DNA of 32,000 bases, from assembly GCA_016432445.1 (NCBI GenBank), contig CP066689.1, positions 540,001 to 572,000 of the forward strand. Direction: 5' to 3'. Positions 17,593 to 24,316 of this stretch are shown here, in pieces. A program made the translations under genes and the position numbers. This DNA is from Candidatus Saccharimonadota bacterium. GTDB lineage: Bacteria; Patescibacteriota; Microgenomatia; UBA1406; GWC2-37-13. Below the pieces are notes generated by a model. It saw only the letters and a program-made list of their open reading frames with translations. It searched no databases and was not told where the DNA came from. Each line of letters starts with the position of its first letter. The first letter of the stretch is position 1.

Positions 17593-18627
17593 ATGGGTTT
17601 ATTATTGTTGCTATCTTTTTTTTTATATACATTTGGACTTTTTAATCTGCTTGGTATAAATTCTGTTTTTTTTAAGCAACAAATTATTTTTGGCGTAATT
17701 GGATTTGGAGTTTATTTAATTATGAAGAAAATGGGACTTCATTTTTTTCGTTTAAACGCACGTTTTTTTTACATTCTTTTTGTAGTTATATTGATTTTAA
17801 CTTTCCTCATTGGTCTTGAGGTCAAGGGTTCACGCCGATGGATTAATCTTGTTATCTTTAATTTTCAAGCTTCTGAGTTTTTTAAATTTTTTTTTATTAT
17901 TTTTCTGGCTGATTTTTTTACTGTAAACCGTAAATTTCTGAATGATATAAATATATTAATCAAATCATTGATATATTTTTCCCTTCCGGCGTTAATTATT
18001 TTTAAACAGCCTGATTTAGGAAATACGATTGTTTATTTTATGATTTTTCTGTCTATGGCTTTTTTTTCAGGAATACCTAAAAAAAACATAGCTAAAATTA
18101 TTTCAATTGCCATTTTAATAATTCCTTTGTTTTGGTTTTTTCTTAAAGATTATCAGAAGGCAAGGATTTTAAGTTTTTTAAATCCGCACTTTGATACGAG
18201 CGGATCTACCTACAATATGATTCAAGCCATTATTACAGTTGGTTCAGGGCAGTTTTTCGGTAGGGGATTAGGGGCTGGTACTCAGTCTGGACTATCTTTT
18301 TTGCCTGAAAATCATACTGATTTTGCTTTTTCATCGCTAGTTGAACAGTTTGGATTTGTCGGAGGAACTGTGACGATATTGCTTTATTTTGCAGTTGCTT
18401 ACGTTTTAATAAAAAAAATAACGAAATGGTATTACGAAAGAAATGAAAATGCCAGATTTAACTTTCTGTTTTTAATTGGTTTTTTTTCTTTTTTGACAGT
18501 TCAGATTTTTATTAACATAGGTATGAATTTGGGAATTATGCCAATAACCGGCATTACTTTACCTTTTATTTCTTATGGCGGTTCTTCCCTGATAACATTA
18601 ATGATTGGATTAGCCCTTATTCCATAA
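17593..18627 (+). CDS. rodA: SEDS-family peptidoglycan glycosyltransferase RodA
   Basis: SEDS motifs QASEFFKF, KQPDLGNT, PENHTDFAFSSLVEQFGFVGG and GITLPFISYGGSS. This is the second SEDS paralog in the window. TAAAAT at 17581-17586 lies 6 nt before the ATG. Confidence 0.82.
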   Translation: MGLLLLLSFFLYTFGLFNLLGINSVFFKQQIIFGVIGFGVYLIMKKMGLHFFRLNARFFYILFVVILILTFLIGLEVKGSRRWINLVIFNFQASEFFKFFFIIFLADFFTVNRKFLNDINILIKSLIYFSLPALIIFKQPDLGNTIVYFMIFLSMAFFSGIPKKNIAKIISIAILIIPLFWFFLKDYQKARILSFLNPHFDTSGSTYNMIQAIITVGSGQFFGRGLGAGTQSGLSFLPENHTDFAFSSLVEQFGFVGGTVTILLYFAVAYVLIKKITKWYYERNENARFNFLFLIGFFSFLTVQIFINIGMNLGIMPITGITLPFISYGGSSLITLMIGLALIP

Positions 18628-18635
18628 GTTAAATT

Positions 18636-18698
18636 TTCGATGTTCGACATTCGATATTCGAATATCGAAGATCTAAAATCGAATCTCTGCGATCTTGA
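18636..18698. repeat. Heptanucleotide tandem array H3, intergenic (rodA-rplU), itself a 48-bp imperfect palindrome
   Basis: The units are TTCGATG TTCGACA TTCGATA TTCGAAT ATCGAAG ATCTAAA ATCGAAT CTCTGCG ATCTTGA. Arms 18636-18659 and 18660-18683 are complementary at 20 of 24 positions around a central TTCGAA. Confidence 0.8.
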
Positions 18699-18722
18699 TA
18701 TTGGATGTTTTTCCTGTATAAT
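18695..18722 (+). promoter_or_regulatory. Sigma70-type promoter of rplU-rpmA (transcript probably leaderless)
   Basis: TTGATA (18695-18700), a 16-nt spacer, then TGTATAAT (extended -10; TATAAT at 18717-18722). The ATG at 18729 is only 6 nt downstream and no SD is visible. Confidence 0.6.
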
Positions 18723-18728
18723 TGATTT

Positions 18729-19034
18729 ATGGCAAAATTTGCTGTAGTTAAAACAGGCGGAAAACAGTTTGTTGTTAAAGCAAATGATGAGATTGTTGTC
18801 AATAACCTCTCCGATCAAAAAGAAGTAGACTTGGAAGTCTTAGCAACATTTAATGATAATGGTGATGACCTTGAGATTGGTAGCCCTACACTTGAAAAAA
18901 AAGCCAAAGCTCAAATCATTGAGAATGGTAAAGGGGAAAAGATAAGAGTAGCAAGATTTAAATCTAAAGTCCGCTATAGACGAGTTAAAGGATTCAGACC
19001 ACAATTAACGAAAATTAAAATATTAGCAATATAA
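18729..19034 (+). CDS. rplU: 50S ribosomal protein L21
   Basis: MAKFAVVKTGGKQFVVK...RYRRVKGFRPQLTKIKI has a typical L21 N-terminus and basic C-terminus. rpmA follows directly. Confidence 0.93.
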   Translation: MAKFAVVKTGGKQFVVKANDEIVVNNLSDQKEVDLEVLATFNDNGDDLEIGSPTLEKKAKAQIIENGKGEKIRVARFKSKVRYRRVKGFRPQLTKIKILAI

Positions 19035-19035
19035 T

Positions 19036-19281
19036 ATGGCACATACAAAAGCTCAGCGAGCAGTAAGAGGCAATAGAGACTCACGTTCAAAACGATTAGG
19101 CGTGAAGGTATATGGTGATCAGGCAGTCGTAGCCGGAAACGTGATAATCAAACAAAAAGGTACAAAAGTGCGAGCCGGCGATGGTGTCCAGCTTTCAAAA
19201 GATTTCACTTTAATTGCTTTAAAACAGGGAACAGTTAAGTTTATCCAAAAAAAAGGGCAGCAATACGTAACAGTAATATAA
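19036..19281 (+). CDS. rpmA: 50S ribosomal protein L27
   Basis: MAHTKAQRAVRGNRDSRSKRLGVKVYGDQ..AGNVIIKQKGTK. There is no N-terminal pro-peptide, which fits the absence of a prp gene between rplU and rpmA. Confidence 0.93.
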   Translation: MAHTKAQRAVRGNRDSRSKRLGVKVYGDQAVVAGNVIIKQKGTKVRAGDGVQLSKDFTLIALKQGTVKFIQKKGQQYVTVI

Positions 19282-19303
19282 ACTTCTTTGGTAGAATGTG
19301 TTA

Positions 19304-19852
19304 ATGAAGCCTGAAATTCTACGGATAATTGATAAAATACGTGAAGAAAAAGACTATCTTCAAAAAGCCAGACAAATTTTGTATCTTAATAAACAAAAAG
19401 ATATTTCTATAAAAGATATTGCTGGTTCTCTTTCACTTAAATCATCCTACGTTTGCCATATTTTAAGATTAAATAGACTCCCTGAACTTATCGTGGACGG
19501 TTATTATGCCAAGCTTGTAACCTTAACCCATTTATTTATTTTAAGCCGTTTAAAAGAGACAAAAAAAATGCTTGAAGCTTATGAAAAAGTGCTGATTGAT
19601 AATCTTACCGTTGGACAAACTGAGTTTCTAATCAGAGACATTATTTATGATATAAAGTCTACGGGAGCCAGGATTTCATCAGATGAGATTAAAGATTTAA
19701 ATACACTTCTCACTCAAGGGAAAAAAAACCTCTCAGTTAAGCTGATTCAAAGCAGAATAAAATCTAAATTAATATTAGAAATAAAAGGTAGTTTGCTTAC
19801 AACAAGCGAAGCTTTAAGAAATTTAATTGGCAGACTGAAAAGTGATAAATGA
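19304..19852 (+). CDS. ParB-like helix-turn-helix protein lacking the N-terminal ParB/Srx CTPase domain
   Basis: DIAGSLSLKSSYVCHILRLNRLPELIV resembles the ParB/Spo0J HTH (LGKS.S.V.N.LRLL.LP). I see no GERR-type N-terminal box. I prefer ATG 19304 over the track's GTG 19298 because TAGAAT at 19292-19297 lies 6 nt upstream of it. Confidence 0.6.
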   Translation: MKPEILRIIDKIREEKDYLQKARQILYLNKQKDISIKDIAGSLSLKSSYVCHILRLNRLPELIVDGYYAKLVTLTHLFILSRLKETKKMLEAYEKVLIDNLTVGQTEFLIRDIIYDIKSTGARISSDEIKDLNTLLTQGKKNLSVKLIQSRIKSKLILEIKGSLLTTSEALRNLIGRLKSDK

Positions 19853-20440
19853 ATTGTAGATATTAAGAGTCGAGTGAAATGATTTAGGAAAAGGATTATT
19901 TATAGTGCCCATTTTGCTTGCCGGAAAGTATCTATAAAAAACTTGTCCTATGATAGATGATAAAGGAATTGGGCCAAACTCTCGAGAATCTGAGGAGCGA
20001 GGGCGGTTATCGCCTAAGACAAATAAGTAATTTTGAGGTACTGTTACCAGAACTCCTTCTTTTACAAATCCGCCTTCCCAAGTATTAGTCGTTACGTTTA
20101 TATAATTTTCATTAAGTATACTGCCGTTAACAAAAACTTGTCCGTCTTTTATGGAAACACTATCTCCAGGAATAGCGATAATTCTTTTAATATACTCAAT
20201 ATCTGGATTTTTTGGAGATTTGAAGACAACTACATCTCCCCTTTCAGGTTGTCTAAATTTATAAGTGATTTTGCTAGTAAAGATATAATCACCACTATTA
20301 AAGGTAGGGTCCATTGAGGCTCCTTTTACCTGATTCGGCTGAAGGATAAAAAGATATACAACTATAAAAAGAGATCCAATAAAAACCACAGTTTCCAATA
20401 TATCCATCACAAACTCTATGATAGTTTTTAAACCGCTCAT
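19823..20440 (-). CDS. lepB: Signal peptidase I (S26 family)
   Basis: An N-terminal TM helix, catalytic Ser box GASMDPTF, Lys box YIKRIIAIPGD and GDNRPRSSDSREFG. Its 3' end overlaps the convergent ParB-like ORF by 30 nt. Confidence 0.9.
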   Translation of the reverse strand: MSGLKTIIEFVMDILETVVFIGSLFIVVYLFILQPNQVKGASMDPTFNSGDYIFTSKITYKFRQPERGDVVVFKSPKNPDIEYIKRIIAIPGDSVSIKDGQVFVNGSILNENYINVTTNTWEGGFVKEGVLVTVPQNYLFVLGDNRPRSSDSREFGPIPLSSIIGQVFYRYFPASKMGTINNPFPKSFHSTLNIYNSFITFQSAN

Positions 20441-20510
20441 AACATTAATTTTAAGAGAAAACTCTCAAGAAAACAAGAAGGGAAATAGTATAATATAGTT
20501 AGTTCACAAT

Positions 20511-20584
20511 GGCCGCTTAGCTCAGTTGGCTAGAGCGTTGCATTCACATTGCAAAAGTCGGGGGTTCGAGTCCCTCAGCGGCCA
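20511..20584 (+). tRNA. tRNA-Val (anticodon CAC)
   Basis: Hand-folded cloverleaf. The acceptor stem is GGCCGCT/AGCGGCC and the D arm is GCTC-AGTTGGCTA-GAGC. The anticodon arm is TTGCA-TTCACAT-TGCAA and the T arm is GGGGG-TTCGAGT-CCCTC. The discriminator is A and CCA is not encoded. Confidence 0.9.
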
Positions 20585-20630
20585 CATCCTCAAAAATTCA
20601 TGTATAATAATACTTTCATAAAATATCACT

Positions 20631-21659
20631 ATGAGTAAAGAAATCCTAACTCTTCCAAAGATTGCGTTGCCGGATATCGGCGGTGTGCTGGACGATAAAT
20701 TAAGAGGTCCAGCAGTTGAATTATGTAACCGTGTAGAAAGAAGCTTTGTTTTAGACGCTGAATCGAAACACAATTTACAAAAAGTAGCTGTACTTATGGG
20801 GGATGGTTATTATCCTTATGAAATTGCCAATCATACTAGTTTTGCAGATGGAGGTGCGCAGGTTAAGATTCAAGCAGCATTAGCAGAGTATGCTGGTATA
20901 GAAAAAAGTTGGGTTACAGTGGCGCGAACTATGGCAGATGGTAAACAAGGTATTGGTGCAAGATGGACATATTGGGTATCGGATGCCTTTTTTGGCAGTA
21001 AGAATGTTGGACAGTTTCTGGTAATTAGGGACCACGAGAAGCATTTATATACGGATGCAGAAATGCAGAAGCACAATAAAAGAAACAAAGAAATTCTAGA
21101 AGAACTACGTGCGAAAAATCAGCCCCTTCTTTCTTTTTCAGAGGCTCGGATGCATGGTGGACGGGAAAAACCAATGGACGTGGCTGAGACAGGATTTTTA
21201 CCTGGAAAAATTTATAATATTTTCAGATTTGCTGGGTATCTTTACAGATCTGTAGATAACATAAACGGTTTGACTGTGCCAAATGAGATTGGAACTGCCG
21301 GAATTATTGCCAACGATATAAGAAAGGGATTACCTTTTATGGTAGTGCCTGTTGGAATAAGTCGAGCTTATAAGCTGGCAAATCCAACAACTAAGTTGCC
21401 AACAGGAGAAGCTATTGTTGACTTATTTAGAGACGAACCAACCTTAATAGTAAATGTTAGAGTTGGTGAACCAATTGTAGATGAGGAAATAATAACGGAG
21501 ATGAAAAAAAGATTTGGGGTGGATCGGAAAGGTGCTGTTGCTTTAGGAATGATGAGAAATCCTAAGGAATTTTATAGATACTTTATGGGAGGTAAAATCG
21601 CGCCGTTATTACTACCAGCAGAACGAGGAGTTTATACTGATGCTATTGCTATACCTTAA
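20631..21659 (+). CDS. Acyltransferase of the PlsC/LPLAT (HX4D) family
   Basis: It has the HX4D box ANHTSFADG, a motif-III-like FSEARMHGG and a motif-IV-like FMVVPVGIS. By eye it is richer in G+C than its neighbours. TAAAAT at 20619-20624 lies 6 nt before the ATG. Confidence 0.65.
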   Translation: MSKEILTLPKIALPDIGGVLDDKLRGPAVELCNRVERSFVLDAESKHNLQKVAVLMGDGYYPYEIANHTSFADGGAQVKIQAALAEYAGIEKSWVTVARTMADGKQGIGARWTYWVSDAFFGSKNVGQFLVIRDHEKHLYTDAEMQKHNKRNKEILEELRAKNQPLLSFSEARMHGGREKPMDVAETGFLPGKIYNIFRFAGYLYRSVDNINGLTVPNEIGTAGIIANDIRKGLPFMVVPVGISRAYKLANPTTKLPTGEAIVDLFRDEPTLIVNVRVGEPIVDEEIITEMKKRFGVDRKGAVALGMMRNPKEFYRYFMGGKIAPLLLPAERGVYTDAIAIP

Positions 21660-21677
21660 AAGGTATAATTAAAACTA

Positions 21678-22412
21678 ATGAAATTATTCTTTAACTTCGT
21701 TTTATACAAGACTCCGGAAAAAGAGGTTTTGCGTTTGAAAAGGGAAGTGCAAGCTTTAGGATTCTCTGATTATAAAATACATTTTTTTGATAATTCGCAT
21801 AACGGGAAAGGATTTGCTTATGGAGCAAATAAGGGCATTTGTGCTGCGCTTAAAGAAAAAGCGGATTTAATTGTTCTTGCAAATCCTGATATATCATTTT
21901 ACGCAGGTAAGGACAACCCTAGGGTTGTCCCTACATATAATGATTTTATCGAAACATCAAAACATTTTGATATTTTCAGTTTTGCTATGAAACAGGGTGG
22001 ACAATTATATTATGGCGGAGAAGTAGACCGCTGGCGGATGAGCGGCGGAGTCATTAGTAAAAAGCCTAAAGAAAGATTTGCAGAGTGTGATTTTGTATCA
22101 GCATTAATGGCGATACAAAGAGAGGTTATTGAAAAAGTAGGTTTTTTGAAAGAAGATTATTTCCTGTATTATGAAGATGTTGAGTACTGCTATAGAGCAA
22201 AAAAGCTTGGTTTTAAGGTAGGCATTGATTCTCAGCATTTGTATGAACATTTTGAAAGTTCAAAAGGAAGCAAATTGAAAAACCATTATCTTTTCTGGAA
22301 TAGAGTTAAGTTTATGAGAGAGTATGGTACTCTTTCCCAAAAAAGCAGGGAACTATTAAGATTGCCTAAAACTTTTTTTGAAATATTTACCAATAACACC
22401 CGCGGGGTGTGA
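21678..22412 (+). CDS. Glycosyltransferase family 2 (rhamnosyltransferase-like, short)
   Basis: Motifs GFAYGANKG, LANPDISF and YYEDVEYCYRAKKLGFKV. TATAAT at 21664-21669 lies 8 nt before the ATG. It contains palindrome P3. Confidence 0.75.
   Translation: MKLFFNFVLYKTPEKEVLRLKREVQALGFSDYKIHFFDNSHNGKGFAYGANKGICAALKEKADLIVLANPDISFYAGKDNPRVVPTYNDFIETSKHFDIFSFAMKQGGQLYYGGEVDRWRMSGGVISKKPKERFAECDFVSALMAIQREVIEKVGFLKEDYFLYYEDVEYCYRAKKLGFKVGIDSQHLYEHFESSKGSKLKNHYLFWNRVKFMREYGTLSQKSRELLRLPKTFFEIFTNNTRGV
21907..21935 (+). repeat. GC-rich hairpin palindrome P3
   Basis: GTAAGGACAACCCTAGGGTTGTCCCTACA. Positions 21911-21930 form a perfect 20-bp palindrome. It lies inside the GT2 CDS and encodes GKDNPRVVPT. 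Confidence 0.85.
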
Positions 22413-22417
22413 TTAAT

Positions 22418-23431
22418 ATGAAAATATCGGTTGACGGTGGAGGACTCTGCGCTAGTGAAGATCAAAGATTTGGGAACTACACTTTCAGCAGAAATTTTCT
22501 TCAGGCATTAAATAAATACGATAAGGAAAATGAATATTTTGTTTATACATTTTGTAATTTAAACGAAGGGACAGAACACTGTTTTGTCCCTACATTATTT
22601 AACAAAAGAATAAAATTCGAAAAATTACTGCCTAAAAAATTTTGGATGAAAGGCAGAGTAACTTTAGAGGAAATACTTAATAGAAAAGATATTTTTTTTG
22701 CTTTAAACCAGGCATTACCGCTTTATACCTCAGCTAAAATCATTTCTTTTTCCCACGGATTATCTTTTTACTTTCACCCTGAATATTATCCAAATGATTA
22801 TCACCGTTTGAAAAATCAACTTAATGAAATGCTTAAAAGATCGCAATACATTATTGTTTCTTCTCAAAAAGTCAAAAATGAGATTGCTTCGTTATCCCTT
22901 GCAATGACAGAAAAAATTAAAATTATGCCGTTTGGGATACCATTCGATATGGAAGATTATGTTCCTCACAGAAGAGAAAAATATTTTATGTATGTAGGAA
23001 TGAATACACCTGTAAAAAATATTGATTTCTTGAAACAAGCTTTTAATAAGTTTAATATAAAAGCGGAGTATAAACTTTACATGATTGATTCCAATATTAA
23101 AAGAGATGAGTTAAGGAAAATGTATGCTAAAGCAACTGGATATCTGACTGCATCTCATTACGAAAGTTTTAATTTTCCGGTTCTTGAAGCTTTAAGTCAA
23201 AAGTGTCCCGTTATAGCTTTAAAATCTGCAATCATACCTGAGATGGAAGGATATGTTGATGTCGTAGGGGACGCAGATCTGCGTCCCGTACATTATAAAA
23301 ATGAATTTGTTAAGAAAATGATAGCAATTGCTAACGGAAAGCATAAAAAAATTGATAGAATCAAGTTATTGAAAGATTTTTCTTGGAAAAATTGTATTAA
23401 TAAACTTCAGAATCTTTACTATTATGAATAG
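22418..23431 (+). CDS. Glycosyltransferase family 1/4 (GT-B, EX7E type)
   Basis: The C-terminal motif is SHYESFNFPVLEALSQKCPVI. I prefer ATG 22418, which has a GGGGTG purine stretch 8 nt upstream. The alternative GTG 22409 overlaps the upstream stop as GTGA. It contains palindromes P4 and P5. Confidence 0.8.
   Translation: MKISVDGGGLCASEDQRFGNYTFSRNFLQALNKYDKENEYFVYTFCNLNEGTEHCFVPTLFNKRIKFEKLLPKKFWMKGRVTLEEILNRKDIFFALNQALPLYTSAKIISFSHGLSFYFHPEYYPNDYHRLKNQLNEMLKRSQYIIVSSQKVKNEIASLSLAMTEKIKIMPFGIPFDMEDYVPHRREKYFMYVGMNTPVKNIDFLKQAFNKFNIKAEYKLYMIDSNIKRDELRKMYAKATGYLTASHYESFNFPVLEALSQKCPVIALKSAIIPEMEGYVDVVGDADLRPVHYKNEFVKKMIAIANGKHKKIDRIKLLKDFSWKNCINKLQNLYYYE
22565..22594 (+). repeat. GC-rich hairpin palindrome P4
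   Basis: GAAGGGACAGAACACTGTTTTGTCCCTACA. It has 12-bp arms around a single central C, with one G-T wobble. It lies inside the GT4 CDS and encodes EGTEHCFVPT. Confidence 0.8.
23264..23292 (+). repeat. GC-rich hairpin palindrome P5
   Basis: GTAGGGGACGCAGATCTGCGTCCCGTACA. Positions 23268-23287 form a perfect 20-bp palindrome. It lies inside the GT4 CDS and encodes VGDADLRPVH. Confidence 0.85.
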
Positions 23432-24200
23432 TATAAAACTTTCAGTCATCATACTGACAAAAAATGAAGAAAAAAATATTGAAAGATGTTTAAACTCAGT
23501 AAGGCATGCTGATGAGATCGTTGTTATTGATGATAACTCAGAAGATGAAACTGTTGACATTGCGAAAAGATATGGCGCTAAGACATTTCAAAAAAAACTT
23601 GGTGATTTCGCAAGCCAAAGAAATTTTGGTTTGGATAAAGCTCAAGGCAGGTGGATTTTGTTTATAGATGCCGATGAAGAACTGACGACTCAGTTAGTAA
23701 CAGAGATAAACAGCGCTATTAACAATGACAATAACGACAGTTTTTTTATTAAGAGAAGAGATTTTTTTATGGGAAAAGAGATAAAACATGGAGATGTAAA
23801 ATCAGCTAGAGAGCGCGGTTTTATTCGGTTGGTGAAAAGAGGGTCTGGCAAATGGGTCGGTAATGTACATGAGGTTTATCAACCAAATGTAGGGGCGCAT
23901 CGTGATGCGCCCTTACTCAAGAGCTTTATTAATCATTATCCTCACCCGACCATCAAAGAATTTTTAAGTGAAGTAAATTTTTACAGTACAATGCGTGCTA
24001 AAGAACTTTATTCATCCAAAAAAACCGTAAATATTATTGAAATAATTTTTGTTCCTTTCGCAAAATTCTTTTGGAATTATTTTATAAGATTAGGAGTGCT
24101 TGATGGACCTGAGGGTTTTATTTACGCATTCTTTATGAGTTTTCATTCCTTTTTAGTCAGAGCAAAACTTTATCAATATAAAAACTACCCAAAATATTAA
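23424..24200 (+). CDS. Glycosyltransferase family 2 (WaaE/KdtX-like)
   Basis: Motifs LSVIILTKNEEKNIERCL, IVVIDDNSEDETV and ILFIDADE. It overlaps the upstream gene by 8 nt and contains palindrome P6. Confidence 0.82.
   Translation: MNSIKLSVIILTKNEEKNIERCLNSVRHADEIVVIDDNSEDETVDIAKRYGAKTFQKKLGDFASQRNFGLDKAQGRWILFIDADEELTTQLVTEINSAINNDNNDSFFIKRRDFFMGKEIKHGDVKSARERGFIRLVKRGSGKWVGNVHEVYQPNVGAHRDAPLLKSFINHYPHPTIKEFLSEVNFYSTMRAKELYSSKKTVNIIEIIFVPFAKFFWNYFIRLGVLDGPEGFIYAFFMSFHSFLVRAKLYQYKNYPKY
23889..23916 (+). repeat. GC-rich hairpin palindrome P6
   Basis: GTAGGGGCGCATCGTGATGCGCCCTTAC. It has a 9-bp stem with a 2-nt loop, plus a G-T wobble and a GTA/TAC clamp. It lies inside the second GT2 CDS and encodes VGAHRDAPL. 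Confidence 0.8.
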
Positions 24201-24316
24201 ACATACTTTTTTATTTAACTTTCTTTACGTTTTCTTTCGGTCAGTTAGGCCGATTATCTTTTTTTAATCAGGAAGCGAATCTTTATTTATATGAATTATT
24301 TTTAGGCACGCTTTTT

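Noticed and set aside
20522-20773. An 83-aa minus-strand ORF.
   Set aside because: It runs antisense through tRNA-Val and the 5' end of the acyltransferase gene. It has no start context or recognisable motif.
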